From: Takakia lepidozioides
Taxonomy: Eukaryota; Plantae; Bryophyta
Length of the DNA stretch: 25,000 bases
Reading direction: 5' to 3'
Assembly: GCA_030704615.1 (NCBI GenBank)
Contig: JAKLZA010000037.1
Span: 1-25,000, forward strand
Below the pieces are notes generated by a model. That model was not told where the DNA came from. It made no database searches and saw only the letters and a program-made list of their open reading frames with translations. Positions 11,631 to 23,967 of the stretch are shown here, piece by piece. The translations under genes and the position numbers were made by a program. The first letter of the stretch is position 1; every line of letters begins with the position of its first letter.

Positions 11631-11687
11631 GAGTAGGGTGTATTTGTAGCAGCTAAGAGAAGAACCTGTGTCGCAGTTGCCAAGACC
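11621..11687 (-). pseudogene. Orphan, frameshifted exon of a VPS4/SKD1-type AAA ATPase
   Basis: TTTTTGACAG|GGT CTT GGC AAC TGC GAC A CAG GTT ... GAC CAG|GTGATG reads GLGNCD-x-QVLLLAATNTPYSLDQ, matching the recalled SKD1 segment GVGxNDxKVLVLAATNTPYALDQ. It is 67 nt versus 69 expected. I found no flanking SKD1 exons. Confidence 0.75.
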
Positions 11688-12208
11688 CTGTCAAAAACTG
11701 CCCATTCCAGAGACGTCCAAAAGCTCCACACCACTACACACTCCACAACAAGCCTAATTACCGCAGAAGTGACAACTTCAAGGATCTGAGAGATCTCCAA
11801 TCTTCATCTCCAATCTTCTCCAAACAAAGACCAGACCAAGTAGGTATGCTAGTAAAGGAAACCAAGATTGGCAAGAACTCAGTGAATGTGGATTGATGAT
11901 TGCAACTGACAATGGATTGTTGAGCGAGCTAAAAGTTTGCAAAGCACTTTGGCATAGATCTAAAAACGGACAAAACGAAAAGCTATGTCACCGCTCCAAA
12001 TGGCAAAAAAGCTACGTATGATGGGTTTTGTCAAGGTTGGGTAGCGCGGGCATTCCCCAAACTTCCGCTATATTTCCCTGAAATTTCCACTGCGAAATGA
12101 AATTGGCGAAACTTATAATTATGCGAAACTAACACATGAAGGACAAGAGCCCCTATACATGATAAACATGTTACCCTATAGGCGTGGCTTTTTCTTCATA
12201 ACAGTCAC

Positions 12209-12290
12209 TTTGTGCCCATATCACCAAGTATTTCTCACTGCAATCTTCACTTGTGTTTAGTTTGTGCGCATATCACCAAGTATTTCTCGC
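12209..12290. repeat. Direct repeat of ~29 bp (12209-12237 and 12261-12289)
   Basis: tttgtgc(c/g)catatcaccaagtatttctc appears twice, 52 bp apart. Confidence 0.85.
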
Positions 12291-13117
12291 TATGAAATTG
12301 ACCGTCGTCGCTATAGGTTTAGGGTTTTTGGCTACACTGTTGAAGGTTTCGCCTCACTGAATTGGCGCAGATGTACCTTACAAATGCACCAGTCCTATAT
12401 ACCCGCTTATGACCGAGGTTTAAAAACATACAACTCCCATGACCGTGGGTTGTGCTCACTCACGTCGTCAGCATGCTCAATTTGTGCTCACAGAATACCA
12501 ACCCCAGCATATGAGATTGACCACCATCCTACAATAAAGTCGCACTAATGCACAGCGTTTTGCAATCTTCAGCCTACGGCTGTCTGCGCTACTATGGGGC
12601 CCATGCAGTGGGAGGGAGTTCCTTGCGCTGTTTTCAGGCTTCACCAGGCCCTGGCACGAACTGTGTCCGGAATGAGCTCCCCAGGAACAGCAGGTGACAT
12701 GAACTTCTGCTGCTTGCTTCTACTTAGCCCTCGGTTTTCAATGTCCTATGGCAGCTATCCGAATCTGCAGTAGCAGCTAAGCATCCGCTTTTGCTAACAA
12801 AGGTTGATTTTTTGCACCTGCACTTGTGTTCTGCATGCGTAGTAGATGGCACACAGCTACAAACCACCCCTTTCGACCATCTATAACGTGTCACTCAACG
12901 GAATTTGAGCATTTCGCCTCTTACTTATCATATAAGTTACACACCATAGTTGTGCTTATTGTCAGCGTGTACATACATAGCATAAATGGGTGTGTTTGTG
13001 TCATGTTGTGTGTAGGGTGGGGGGGGGGGGAGAGAGAGGGAGAGTCTCACAGATGTTCTGTATTGTTTTCAGGCACAAGAGAAATACTTGGAGCTCGTCC
13101 CATCCTGCTGGCTACAC

Positions 13118-14567
13118 ATGGCAACCCAGAATCCACACATTCATTTTTTGAGCTTTGAAGAAAACTCTGGGAGCCTCTTGCCACTTCTTCCATCTCACAG
13201 CAGAGTGGAGAGTCCCAGGGAAATGGATCTCCCTCAAGACAGTGGCCCTGATCAGTGCTTCTGAACCTGGCCTTATGGCTGCCTCGGCAACAACTGCTGC
13301 AGCTGACAAATCCTCCCCACCGGCCGACTGCCGCAGTTCAAGCTGCAGAAGCTGCAGCTTTGCATTGGTGTTCGGGGCATGGCAACGTGTTTGTGGATAC
13401 AGTGGCAGTTGATGGTGCAGGAACCCCTGTGTGTGAGTGCCATGACTGCTTTACTGGGCCTGACTGTGCCCTCCGCATCCCAGCCTGTGTTGCTGATGCT
13501 GACAGGTGCCCCCTAAGTTTTTTGCCTCTGTATACTTTCCTTTTGAGCATTCTTCTCTTTTTTTCTCTTCGACCAAAAATAGCTAGTGTTATTGCATGGC
13601 CTGCATGTATTGCTCACCATTTCTGTGAGTTGCTGAAGATGTTTCATAGTCTTGAGCACTTTGCAGAGCTGCTGTATCCACAATGTTGAGAGTTCCACAG
13701 TTGTTGGTATGTTTTTTGAATTCAGCGGAGACCCCCTTCTTTTTGAAGCATATTGGAGGCAATATGCAGAGTTAGACCAGGGTGGTATCGCATGAGCTAC
13801 CAAACGTGGGAATCTGGCCCAACTTTCTGTACAGAGGCACTTGAGGCTTCCATTCGGGCCCTGCATGCGCTGGTGGGCAATGCAGTGACAGAGAGGCGCT
13901 ACGTCGTGGTGGGCACTGGTTCCACGCAGCTCATCAATGCTGCGGTCTCTAGCCTTGCCCTTGACAGCTCTGCAACTGTCTCCAATGTGGTTTCTCGTCC
14001 CCCTTTCTACGGGGTACACATTTCTTCCGAGAATCTCATGGGAGCTTGTACCTAGTGAGAGACTTGCTCGAAAAAACCCTTTTCTCTCCTTCCCTTTCCT
14101 TTCGGACACTGACAGAGGCTACGTTGCGCTGCTGTAGGTCTGCATGCTTTTGTCAAGCACCCAGGCATTCTAGGAACTAACATGTGGATCTTTCCTCATA
14201 AGTACCTTGTGAGTTTTTGGAGATCCATCAAGCTACTTGTACATAGTAGTTAAGTAGTCACAATTGGTGTATCTCTGCAGGCCTATCAATCACAAACTGA
14301 GCTTTTTGCATCACCACATTATAGATGGGCAGGAGATTCCAAGCAGTTTCCTCCTATTCCAAAAGGAGAAGCAGTGATTGAACTAATAGCATCGCCCAAC
14401 AATCCTGATGCATCCATTCAAGAGGTGGCATGGAATGGGACTGCTTCCATAATATATGACCATGCCTACTACTGGCCGCACCTCACTGCCATGACAAAGG
14501 CTGTTGACCATGATATCATGCTCTTTACTCTGTCAAAGGTCACTGGCCATGCAGGCAGCCGTGTTGG
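13118..14567 (+). pseudogene. Alliinase / tryptophan-aminotransferase-related (TAR3/4-like, EGF-domain) pseudogene; exons ~13118-13505, 13726-14013, 14281-14567; 3' exons absent
   Basis: EGF-like CSGHG...CECHDCFTGPDC, SGDPLLFEAYW, GWYRMSY, LHALVGNA, GTGSTQL, SPNNPD, YDHAYYWPH and PLP-lysine motif FTLSKVTGHAGSRVG. An in-frame TGA at 13249-13251 precedes SVLLNL, there is a frameshifting deletion near 13770, and no WALVKD-type exon follows 14567. Confidence 0.85.
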
Positions 14568-15244
14568 GTATCCACTCTACCTCCTTTCTCGGATTTGCAC
14601 CTCCAGGAATCAGGACGAGGAGCAATAATGTGGGCATCTGACAAGAACTACATACAAAAATGAAACAGATCATTACCTTGTGGAGGAAGGGCTCCAATCT
14701 CCTCGTTCCTGCGCTCAGCAACACCTCAACTGGCCAAGGACACTTAAGAGACCGGTCCATCTTTCTACACCAACGAAGTCTACAATGCATCACGAAGGTT
14801 CTGGCAGCACTATTGTGTGACAGAACAAAGACAGATTTAAGGCAATACACTTCGTAACATCCGTGGAAAGCTCAAAGAACACAAGAAGACCAAAAACTAC
14901 AACAGGCAGTGACAGAGTAGAGCTGCATAAAGATCTTTATAAACATCCTAAGAGCATATGGGAAGACCAAGACAGAGAAAAGAAAGAAGAAAGGAAAAAC
15001 GTTTTACATCCACAGGCATGTACCACATGAGACAGTAGTACCACAGCAACGCAGAGTTTGGGTTGCATGTGCAAGTAAGCTGCAAGCACTTCAGCTTCTC
15101 AACCCTGAAGCCCTCTGTCAGAGACGAGGAGAAAAGGAGCAAAGGAGCTTCATAACTTCTAGGCCCAAAGAGCTTATGGGTATGGGTCCCTTTTTATTTT
15201 TATTCTTTATTTTAATTTGTTTTTAAAGAGGGTAGAAGAAGCCT

Positions 15245-15250
<6 letters not shown>

Positions 15251-15280
<30 letters not shown>
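15251..15280. repeat. (TC)15 microsatellite in the WTF1 promoter/5'UTR
   Basis: Perfect TC run ~170 nt upstream of the WTF1 ATG. Confidence 0.95.
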
Positions 15281-15283
<3 letters not shown>

Positions 15284-15452
15284 CCTGACAGGGGATTGCT
15301 GCGGCGATGAGAGGAAGTGGGTTTAATCTGCGCCGACACAGCGATAGAGCGAGAGCAAGTCGTCTTCATTAAGTTTGTCTTCGAGGAGAATCGTTGGAAA
15401 GGGTGATGTGCAGAGAGGCGAGGTGATGTTAGTGCAGATAAATAGTTCCGGC

Positions 15453-16967
15453 ATGGCACTACAAGCGTCATGGGGAAGGGTTTTGGCTCCGTCAGCAGCT
15501 CTTCACAAGGATGCGGCTCAGTCTGTCTCATCTTCAGTGGTTCTATCCCCAGGGGCAACTCGACAAAGCCTAAATTATGGACGGCAAACTTTCTTCGGAT
15601 GCGTGCATAGTCTCAAGTGCTCGCCCTCTAGTAGATCGCTGCGGAGTGGTAAGGTCTCCCCGGTTATTACTGCTTTGATTAAGAGAAGGAAGGAGCAAAG
15701 TTTTGACAATGTGATCCAGAGAGAGAAGAAGCTTAAAATAGTGCTGCGTATAAAGGATCTGCTTGTAAAACAGCCTGGTCAAGTTATGTCTCTGCGAGAC
15801 TTGGGGAAGAATCGAAGGTACATTGGATTGACTGGGAAGAGGAGATGTATTGCTCTGCTACAAAAGTTTCCTGCTGTTTTTCAAGTTTATGAGGAAGGTT
15901 GTAATGCAAAATGGTTCCGCTTCACGCGCGAAGCTATGGCTCAATACAAGGAAGAAACGAAGCTGAAGCAGGAGTTGGAGGAGGCTTTGGTGGAGAAACT
16001 GCGAAAACTGATTATGATGTCCATTGATAAGCGCGTTTTGCTGGAGAAAATTGGGCATATTAGACGAGATCTCGGACTGCCAGAGGACTTCAAATTCAAT
16101 CTCGTGCACAAGTATCCGCAGTATTTTCGCGTGGTGGAAACCGAAAGCGGTTCTGCCCTGGAACTCACACTATGGGACCCTCAGTTGGCCGTTTCTGTCA
16201 TAGAAAAACAGGCCCAAAAGAAGGCCGATGAGAGACAGGCGCTCGAAGAGGAGCTTGCTAAGAGTCCTGGAGAAGATGAAGAGATTATTCCTAGGACGCC
16301 AAGATTCAAGAAGATAGATCTTCCAAAGGGTATGAATTTAAAAAGAAAGGATAAAGCAAAACTGCTCGAGTTTCAGAAGTTGCCTTACGTATCACCCTAT
16401 TCTGACACTAGTCAATTAAATCCAGCTGCCCCTGAAGCTGAGAAACACGCACTCGCTGTAGTCCATGAGCTTTTGAGTCTCACTTTGGAGAAGAAGCTAC
16501 TAGTGGACCATCTCACTCACTACCGAAGGGACTATCAGTTTTCACAGAGAGTGCGGGCATTGCTCATCAGGCACCCTGAAGTGTTTTATGTTTCCTTGAA
16601 GGGCGCACGCGATTCAGTGTTTCTGAGGGAGGCCTATGAAGGCTCGGAGCTGAAGGAAAAGGACCCCCTGGTACAGGTCAAGGAGCGGATGGCTGAATTG
16701 GTAGCTAGAGGCAGGAAAGCTCAGAAGCTCGATGACATAAGTGATGATGATGATGATGATGATGAGGAGGAGGAGGACGATGATGACGATGATGAGTCAG
16801 ATTGGGATGAAGATGAAGATGATGATGCTATTAGCCACACAAAGCGACATGGTGAAAGGTTATTAGGCACATCCCTGGGGACTCCAGTTGGCAGACAGAA
16901 TTCAAGTTCACCAGCTGATTTACGAAGAGAGCTCGTTGCAAACAGACCACCACGGGAACGGTGGTAA
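15453..16967 (+). CDS. WTF1: WHAT'S THIS FACTOR 1 homolog (PORR/DUF860 chloroplast group II intron splicing factor), intronless; start at ATG 15453 (or 15426)
   Basis: Ser-rich transit-like N-terminus, then KRRKEQSFDNVIQREKKLKIVL, RRDLGLPEDF, LELTLWDPQLAVS, PYVSPYSD, VVHELLSLTLEK, LVDHLTHYR, RHPEVFYVSLKG, an acidic D/E tract and terminal RERW, as in angiosperm WTF1. Confidence 0.93.
   Translation: MALQASWGRVLAPSAALHKDAAQSVSSSVVLSPGATRQSLNYGRQTFFGCVHSLKCSPSSRSLRSGKVSPVITALIKRRKEQSFDNVIQREKKLKIVLRIKDLLVKQPGQVMSLRDLGKNRRYIGLTGKRRCIALLQKFPAVFQVYEEGCNAKWFRFTREAMAQYKEETKLKQELEEALVEKLRKLIMMSIDKRVLLEKIGHIRRDLGLPEDFKFNLVHKYPQYFRVVETESGSALELTLWDPQLAVSVIEKQAQKKADERQALEEELAKSPGEDEEIIPRTPRFKKIDLPKGMNLKRKDKAKLLEFQKLPYVSPYSDTSQLNPAAPEAEKHALAVVHELLSLTLEKKLLVDHLTHYRRDYQFSQRVRALLIRHPEVFYVSLKGARDSVFLREAYEGSELKEKDPLVQVKERMAELVARGRKAQKLDDISDDDDDDDEEEEDDDDDDESDWDEDEDDDAISHTKRHGERLLGTSLGTPVGRQNSSSPADLRRELVANRPPRERW
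16742..16827 (+). repeat. Coding (GAT)n/(GAG)n repeat encoding the WTF1 acidic tract
   Basis: tgatgatgat...gaggaggag...gatgat encodes DDDDDDDEEEEDDDDDDESDWDEDEDDD. Confidence 0.85.
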
Positions 16968-17570
16968 GGGTTTGTCTGATACTTAGTAGTGTATCTACGT
17001 TGAGAAGACGGAGGAAAAGAAATGAACCCATTGTTACATTGTTTTGCTGTACCCTCTGTGAAGCAGGGTACCTACAGGGAAACTGTAATCATAAGCTGTT
17101 ATGGCAAACCATTACAGGCTATGTGGTTTTGCTACAGTTTCTTGCCTATGTCAGATATGGTTGGATAATTCTTTTCGGGTTGCTTTGCGGGATGCATGGC
17201 CAGAGAAAACCTCGCAGGTTTTTCAGGGATTGCCAACAGTCTTGCAGATATAATGTGCTTCAGGAGATAGTAAACGGACGATACATTGGTTCTCTTTCTG
17301 TGTTGAAATTGTGAAATTCGGTCTTCCCATGCATGTCTTCCACAAACTGTATGGCATTTTTCAGCATTCTGCATTTACATTGCAGTAGCATGATCCCCAG
17401 AGTTGGAAGCTCACACCAAATCTGAGGAGGTGCTGGCCAATTTCCTGTGACAATTCCCCTGTACCCTTCAATTGAGTGCTCATTACATCTAGTCAACGGC
17501 ATTGGCTAGTGGCTATTAGATAAGTTTCCTTTTTCACTTGAGGAGACTTATGCATAAGGAGAGGAGACTT

Positions 17571-17813
17571 AGGCTTTGACCTTCATGACTTGACTCACTT
17601 TGGGATTGGTATTTTGAGGCCTATTTGTAAGATTTGTTTTTTGTTTCCAGTGGGTAAGCCTCCAATTGATATATGCCTGGAGTAGTCAAGCTCAGGCTTT
17701 GACCTTCATGACTGACTCACTTGGGGATTGGGGTTTGCTGCCTCTTCGTAAGATTTGTTTTTTTGTTTCCAGTGGGATAAGCCTCCAATTGAGATCTGCC
17801 TGGAGTCGTCAAG
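17571..17813. repeat. Diverged tandem duplication of a ~120 bp unit (17571-17691, 17694-17813)
   Basis: Both copies run aggctttgaccttcatgac...gtaagatttgttttttgtttccagtggg...agcctccaattga...tgcctggagt.gtcaagc. Confidence 0.92.
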
Positions 17814-17955
17814 CATTACGCTTCTCAGAAAGGTTATATACCCAGCCCTGGTATGGGTGTAGAGCTGCACTGGGTGGAATCTCTGGCAACACGAGTCTCG
17901 AGGGGACTCAGTGCGAATGACTTCTTTGTGTATCCGAATTTCAGCCACAGTAAGA

Positions 17956-18745
17956 GAAATGAAATGAAATGGTGCTTTACAACGTCCGCGGAAAGCTCAT
18001 AGAGCTTATGGGACAAAATGAAAGAAAACATGAGAGAGGAACAAAACCAGAACCCAAGAATGAGAACTAATGTTCTAGTGATTGTAAGGCCTTGTGCAGG
18101 TAAGCTACCAAACATTTCTGATCCTCATAATGGAAGACCTCAGTGAGAGATTGGGTTCCACTGAATAAACAGTGGAATCTCCCACGGATCTCGTAGTATA
18201 GAGGGCAGTAGAAGAAGAAGTGTTCTTCAGTTTCAATTTCCCGGCTGCGCCCTATGCAAGCTGGACAGAGGCGGTCCTCCCGATGCAGGTTTTCACATCT
18301 GCCAGTTTCTATCCGTGGGTTGTGGGAACCACCCTGAACCGCCCCAATGCCCTCAGGAGGGAAGGAGATAAGGATGCTGAAAGGTAATTTGGCCTCAAGA
18401 TTCTATCATCTCGGAGCACCAAGAATGTCTCTCGATAGAAGTGGAGCTTTGTCGTGAGATTGGGTAGCTTCCAAGTTCTCTTGACATGTAATTCCATACG
18501 CTCTCTCCTAATGAGTCTGTTGCGGTCATGTCTGGATGTGATGTCCACCCCTTCTGGATTTGTTGGTAATAGGGAAGCAGTAGAGAGTCCGTTGCGCTGA
18601 GATAAATTGTCCACTCGATCATACCAGGAGTGCATCAAACCTGTAGCTTTGAGCCTCATAGATGTTGCGAGTGCTCTTGCCACGAGCCCCTTGGGAGGAA
18701 GGGAGGAAGGGCCTGTAATCTATGGAGAAAGATGAGAGTGCTCAA
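17956..18745 (-). mobile_element. 5'-truncated non-LTR retrotransposon (LINE ORF2 C-terminus, RTE-X-like) with a (CATTT)n 3' tail
   Basis: - strand reads ...LLRALGRFRV[frameshift ~18330]GSHNPRIETGRCENLHREDRLCPACIGRSREIETEEHFFFYCPLYYEIRGRF...LEH* (stop 18067). This is the FR.GSH..IETGR / CxxC..E.EEH....CP.Y post-RT zinc-binding region of LINEs. A short 3'UTR ends in CATTT repeats at 17971-17956. The 5' boundary is approximate. Confidence 0.85.
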
Positions 18746-19279
18746 CTAGTCGGACTTCCTTGACAAATTTACTCATGTCTTGGATTAGACCTATAGGTTT
18801 TTGATCAGAGCCTTGGTGAGGATACTGATTGAAATCATATTTCGAAGATGCTGGATGCATGCAACACAATCTCTGGCATGAAAAGTTGCTGTTCTCCTGC
18901 ATGAGGGTGTTTAGCCTGGAGTCCACAGGAGCACTATTAAGCACAGAAATGTATGCCCTAAGAAAGATGCTGGGTCGAAGTGAGATGAAGTGAGCTGCAC
19001 ACAACATGCAAGGAAGTCTTAAGATGATTTTTTTTTTTTTTTAAACAACTTTCCTGAACTTTGATACATTGGATATCCAATTATTAGGGACAACATCCCT
19101 GTGTGTACATACAAGAAGATTAGTCTTTCAAGAGCACCGATCAAAATCTACCCGCCCTTGAATGCTTGCATCTCAATACTAGTTGCTACACCTCAACTGA
19201 TCATTCAATGAAACCGAAGCAGAATACCACTGCTAATCCAGATCCTGCCTGAGCAAAGAGAGAAGCGCCAGCTTCTCTC

Positions 19280-19672
19280 TTACTCCGCATCCTTGAGCTT
19301 CTTGACCTGTAGGTTCAGATGTTCAAGGCGGACGAGCAGTTGAGTGACGCGGTACAGAATCCAGTAAAATAGAAGAGCTCCGAGCACGAGGAGCGCATTG
19401 CGCTGGCTCTTGATGATGGATTTGGAGTGGCGATCCTGCTCAGCAACACTGCACATTGGACCCTTGCACTCAGGCAAGTGCTCGTACTTCCAGTAAATCT
19501 CAAGAAGTAAAAACAGGGCAAGCGGAACCACTGCGAGCAATGGCTGCAGCGATGTCCTGGCCACCACTATCACTCCCTTCCTCAGCCGCGCCAGGCCCGG
19601 CATGGTCACCAGCAGCAAGATCAACGCCTCTGCTGCAGTCACTGCCGCCAAGGCCGCCCACTCCAACGCCAT
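19280..19672 (-). CDS. Short BAP29/BAP31-like ER membrane protein (130 aa, intronless)
   Basis: MALEW start, three hydrophobic segments, LLEIYWKYE, C-x4-C, KSIIKSQRNALL and a coiled C-terminus, matching the plant B-cell-receptor-associated-like small proteins. Confidence 0.9.
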   Translation of the reverse strand: MALEWAALAAVTAAEALILLLVTMPGLARLRKGVIVVARTSLQPLLAVVPLALFLLLEIYWKYEHLPECKGPMCSVAEQDRHSKSIIKSQRNALLVLGALLFYWILYRVTQLLVRLEHLNLQVKKLKDAE

Positions 19673-19842
19673 AGCTGATCACGCCAGGTACTTTGCAAAC
19701 CCACCTCAAATCAAACAATGCACTTTCAACAACTCCCCCTCAATCTCAATCTCTTTCAGTAGGCTATGTCCCTTGCAACTGCGGATTTCAAAGAATTAGG
19801 CTGCCCTAGTTCTCCTATCCGATCTCGCCTCATATGCTTTAG

Positions 19843-19988
19843 TTTATATGTTGCAGCAGTGCGGTCACACTTGCACGCTAGGTTTTCAGTATAGACACTG
19901 AGCTGGCCCTCCTGTGCCGTCAACACGTATGTCCATCTCATGAGAACACGCCACGTATCCCAGGCCTCGAAATTAGACTGCCACGTCA
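19843..19988 (-). promoter_or_regulatory. BAP31-like promoter: TATA box, ACGT boxes and UPRE-like TGACGTGG
   Basis: TATAAA (-) 19848-19843; CACGTA cores at ~19924 and ~19952; TGACGTGG (-) 19988-19981. Confidence 0.5.
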
Positions 19989-22262
19989 TGGGTGACAGGT
20001 TTGGGCAAAGGCACACCTTTTTTTTTTTTTGATGATTTTGACTCAGGATTCTGCCACAGTGATTTGCAGAATTCGAAAACATGTATTGGTTTTGTGAGCA
20101 GCTTGCATTCTACCTTGGTCGGGACATATGCAGCTACGCGTAGTGGTGATGGCACATGGGCAGGTGCAGAGAGAACTGAAGTTGAAGCTATGAGTCGCTT
20201 ATGGAGTGTTGCCAACTCGGTTCATCACAAACCCTCTTTCTCTGGCATTTCCGTGGCTTTTCTTCTTGTAAGTTAATTTATTATGTCATTGAAGCTAATA
20301 ATTGCTTTGGAGGTGAAACAACGTACACCAGAAAATTGATTCGACATTGAGTGTGTCTATTGATGGGATGATAGTGAAGGAGGAACGATGTCTGCACAAC
20401 CAAAGAATTATGTAAGAATTCCTAGCAAAGAGAACCTGACCTGTTATGTACTAATCACGATTTGCTGTGTTGGTGCCACCTCTCAAGAGTAGCAATTGTT
20501 GTCACGAGTCTACAGACTTTACACATAATGTACTCATAAGACGTTGTTTGCCGTAGCCTTGTGGTCATAGAGCCCGGGCCCAAAACTAAATACAGCTCTA
20601 GTAAACTACAAAACAACACAGCAATGAGGATCGTCGAGAAGGAGCCTCATAGACCATTCGGGGCTGATAAGTCACTATACAGAATTTGTGCGTGAAACTG
20701 CATCCGAGAGTGTGTAATCAGATGGTGCTGCTGGCAATTGCTATGAGAGTTCAGCCTGAGTTCATACCCTGGTGGCTGAAAACATCATAAGACTGGTCAG
20801 CCTTCCCGAAGGATGATACTTCCAGACTCTGTCCTCAAGGGTATATCACAGCCACTGTTACCGAGCTCAGTCGATGACCACATCCCTCTCGGTCATACAG
20901 AATGTGTGAATCGTCATTAATGAAAGCATTAGGGGGAGGGCAGAACTGTCCGGACGATGTGGCGCAAATCTCTCGCAAATCTATGGAACCATTTAGCTGC
21001 AAAACCATGGATGATACTCCTGTCCACTGTGAGGGACAAGATCCTAAAACATGCCTGCCAAAGCAAGTGGAGATGAGTAGCTCCATCAAAGATCCCATTA
21101 TACTCTCTTTGCAACATATGGGGACACTCATACCCTCAGGAAAGATGGGATTAAATGCAGCAGTCAGAGCATAACCTTGTACGTGAGGGAAACATCAAGA
21201 TTAGCTCACCATTTCAGGAGTCCGAAAACTGCCGAAATCCCTCCTCTCTTGAAGAGCTCCGACGGCAATGGTCTTTACAAGAATGTCTGCCGCAGGGTCT
21301 CTTGAAGTCGAACGGACTTATTCAATTTTCTTGAACTACACCTGCAGACTAGGCTGCTTGCACTCACTTCGGTTAGAAGTGAGGACTGTTGGAATAAGGA
21401 GCTCCATATTCAACGAATCTACAACTTGACTAACACACAAAGATAGACACATTAAAAGTAACTCTATGTTTGGAGATGCTTTTAATTAAAGGAAAAGTAA
21501 GTCCATCTGGACTACTTTGTATATAGAAAAAGTAGGTGTAAAAAGACAAATCTTTTATAGATTGCTTTTTAGCCTAGCTACAACTATATAAGAAGCTCAT
21601 GGGTGAACCACAGAGTTAGTTGTTTTATGATACTCTAGCTTGTGGTGGTTCTAAGGTTGGGTGGTGAGCTTCTATTCACAAAGCATTGTTTCAAGTTGTT
21701 TGAGAGGGGATCGGACGTTCATTTGTTGAATACAAGAAATAATCTCTTGGTGGTTGACAACAATATCAAGCATTTTTTGAAGAATTTTCAAGGGACCAGG
21801 GGCAACCTATGGAATATGATGCGAGTGCCATGGTCGATCCCTGGAAAGCATGGAAGATCTCAATGGATGCGGAGCAGGTGTTTCGGTCCACGCGCCATTT
21901 GAATCTCACTTAGAGTGTGTGCTGACTAAGAGGAAGCGCACTTGCTGAGAGAAAGAGGGGGTGTTGGGACAGACGTTCTCATTATCTACTGATCAGATGT
22001 CAGACATGTTAGTTATCAGTAGAGGTTTATTATCCTTCAACAGACTACCTGGTAACTCAGGACAATTCCTTTAGACGGCACCGTCACTGCTACACTAAAT
22101 AATGTTTCCTCCAGATTCTTCCCCTCTAGATTAGCATATTATCATCACTCGTTATCTTATCTGCAATGTTGTTCAAGCTTTATGAACCGCTTCTTCTCAA
22201 GGATCGCAAGGCCACAACCTCATCTACAAGAATGTAAGGTCTATGGTATGGAAGATCAAGTG

Positions 22263-23967
<1,705 letters not shown>

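Noticed and set aside
14630-14680. TGG GCA ... reading WASDKNYIQK as a decayed alliinase exon 4
   Set aside because: No acceptor AG precedes it, and similarity to the expected WALVKD motif is too weak.
13513-16168. Antisense ORFs over the alliinase-like and WTF1 loci (e.g. 13513..14109, 15570..15782, 15858..16109)
   Set aside because: Shadow ORFs of sense-strand coding sequence.
19023-20039. BAP31-like gene as a recent retrocopy (intronless, A15 tract ~240 nt after the stop, GATGATTTT direct repeats at 19023 and 20031)
   Set aside because: The apparent TSD is short and partly poly-T, the interval includes promoter-like motifs, and I recall this subfamily being natively single-exon.
20700-21400. 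Coding-like stretch with short ORFs and an AG..GT cassette (~21341-21210, - strand)
   Set aside because: Stops in all frames of the cassette and no recognisable family; cannot be supported without a search.
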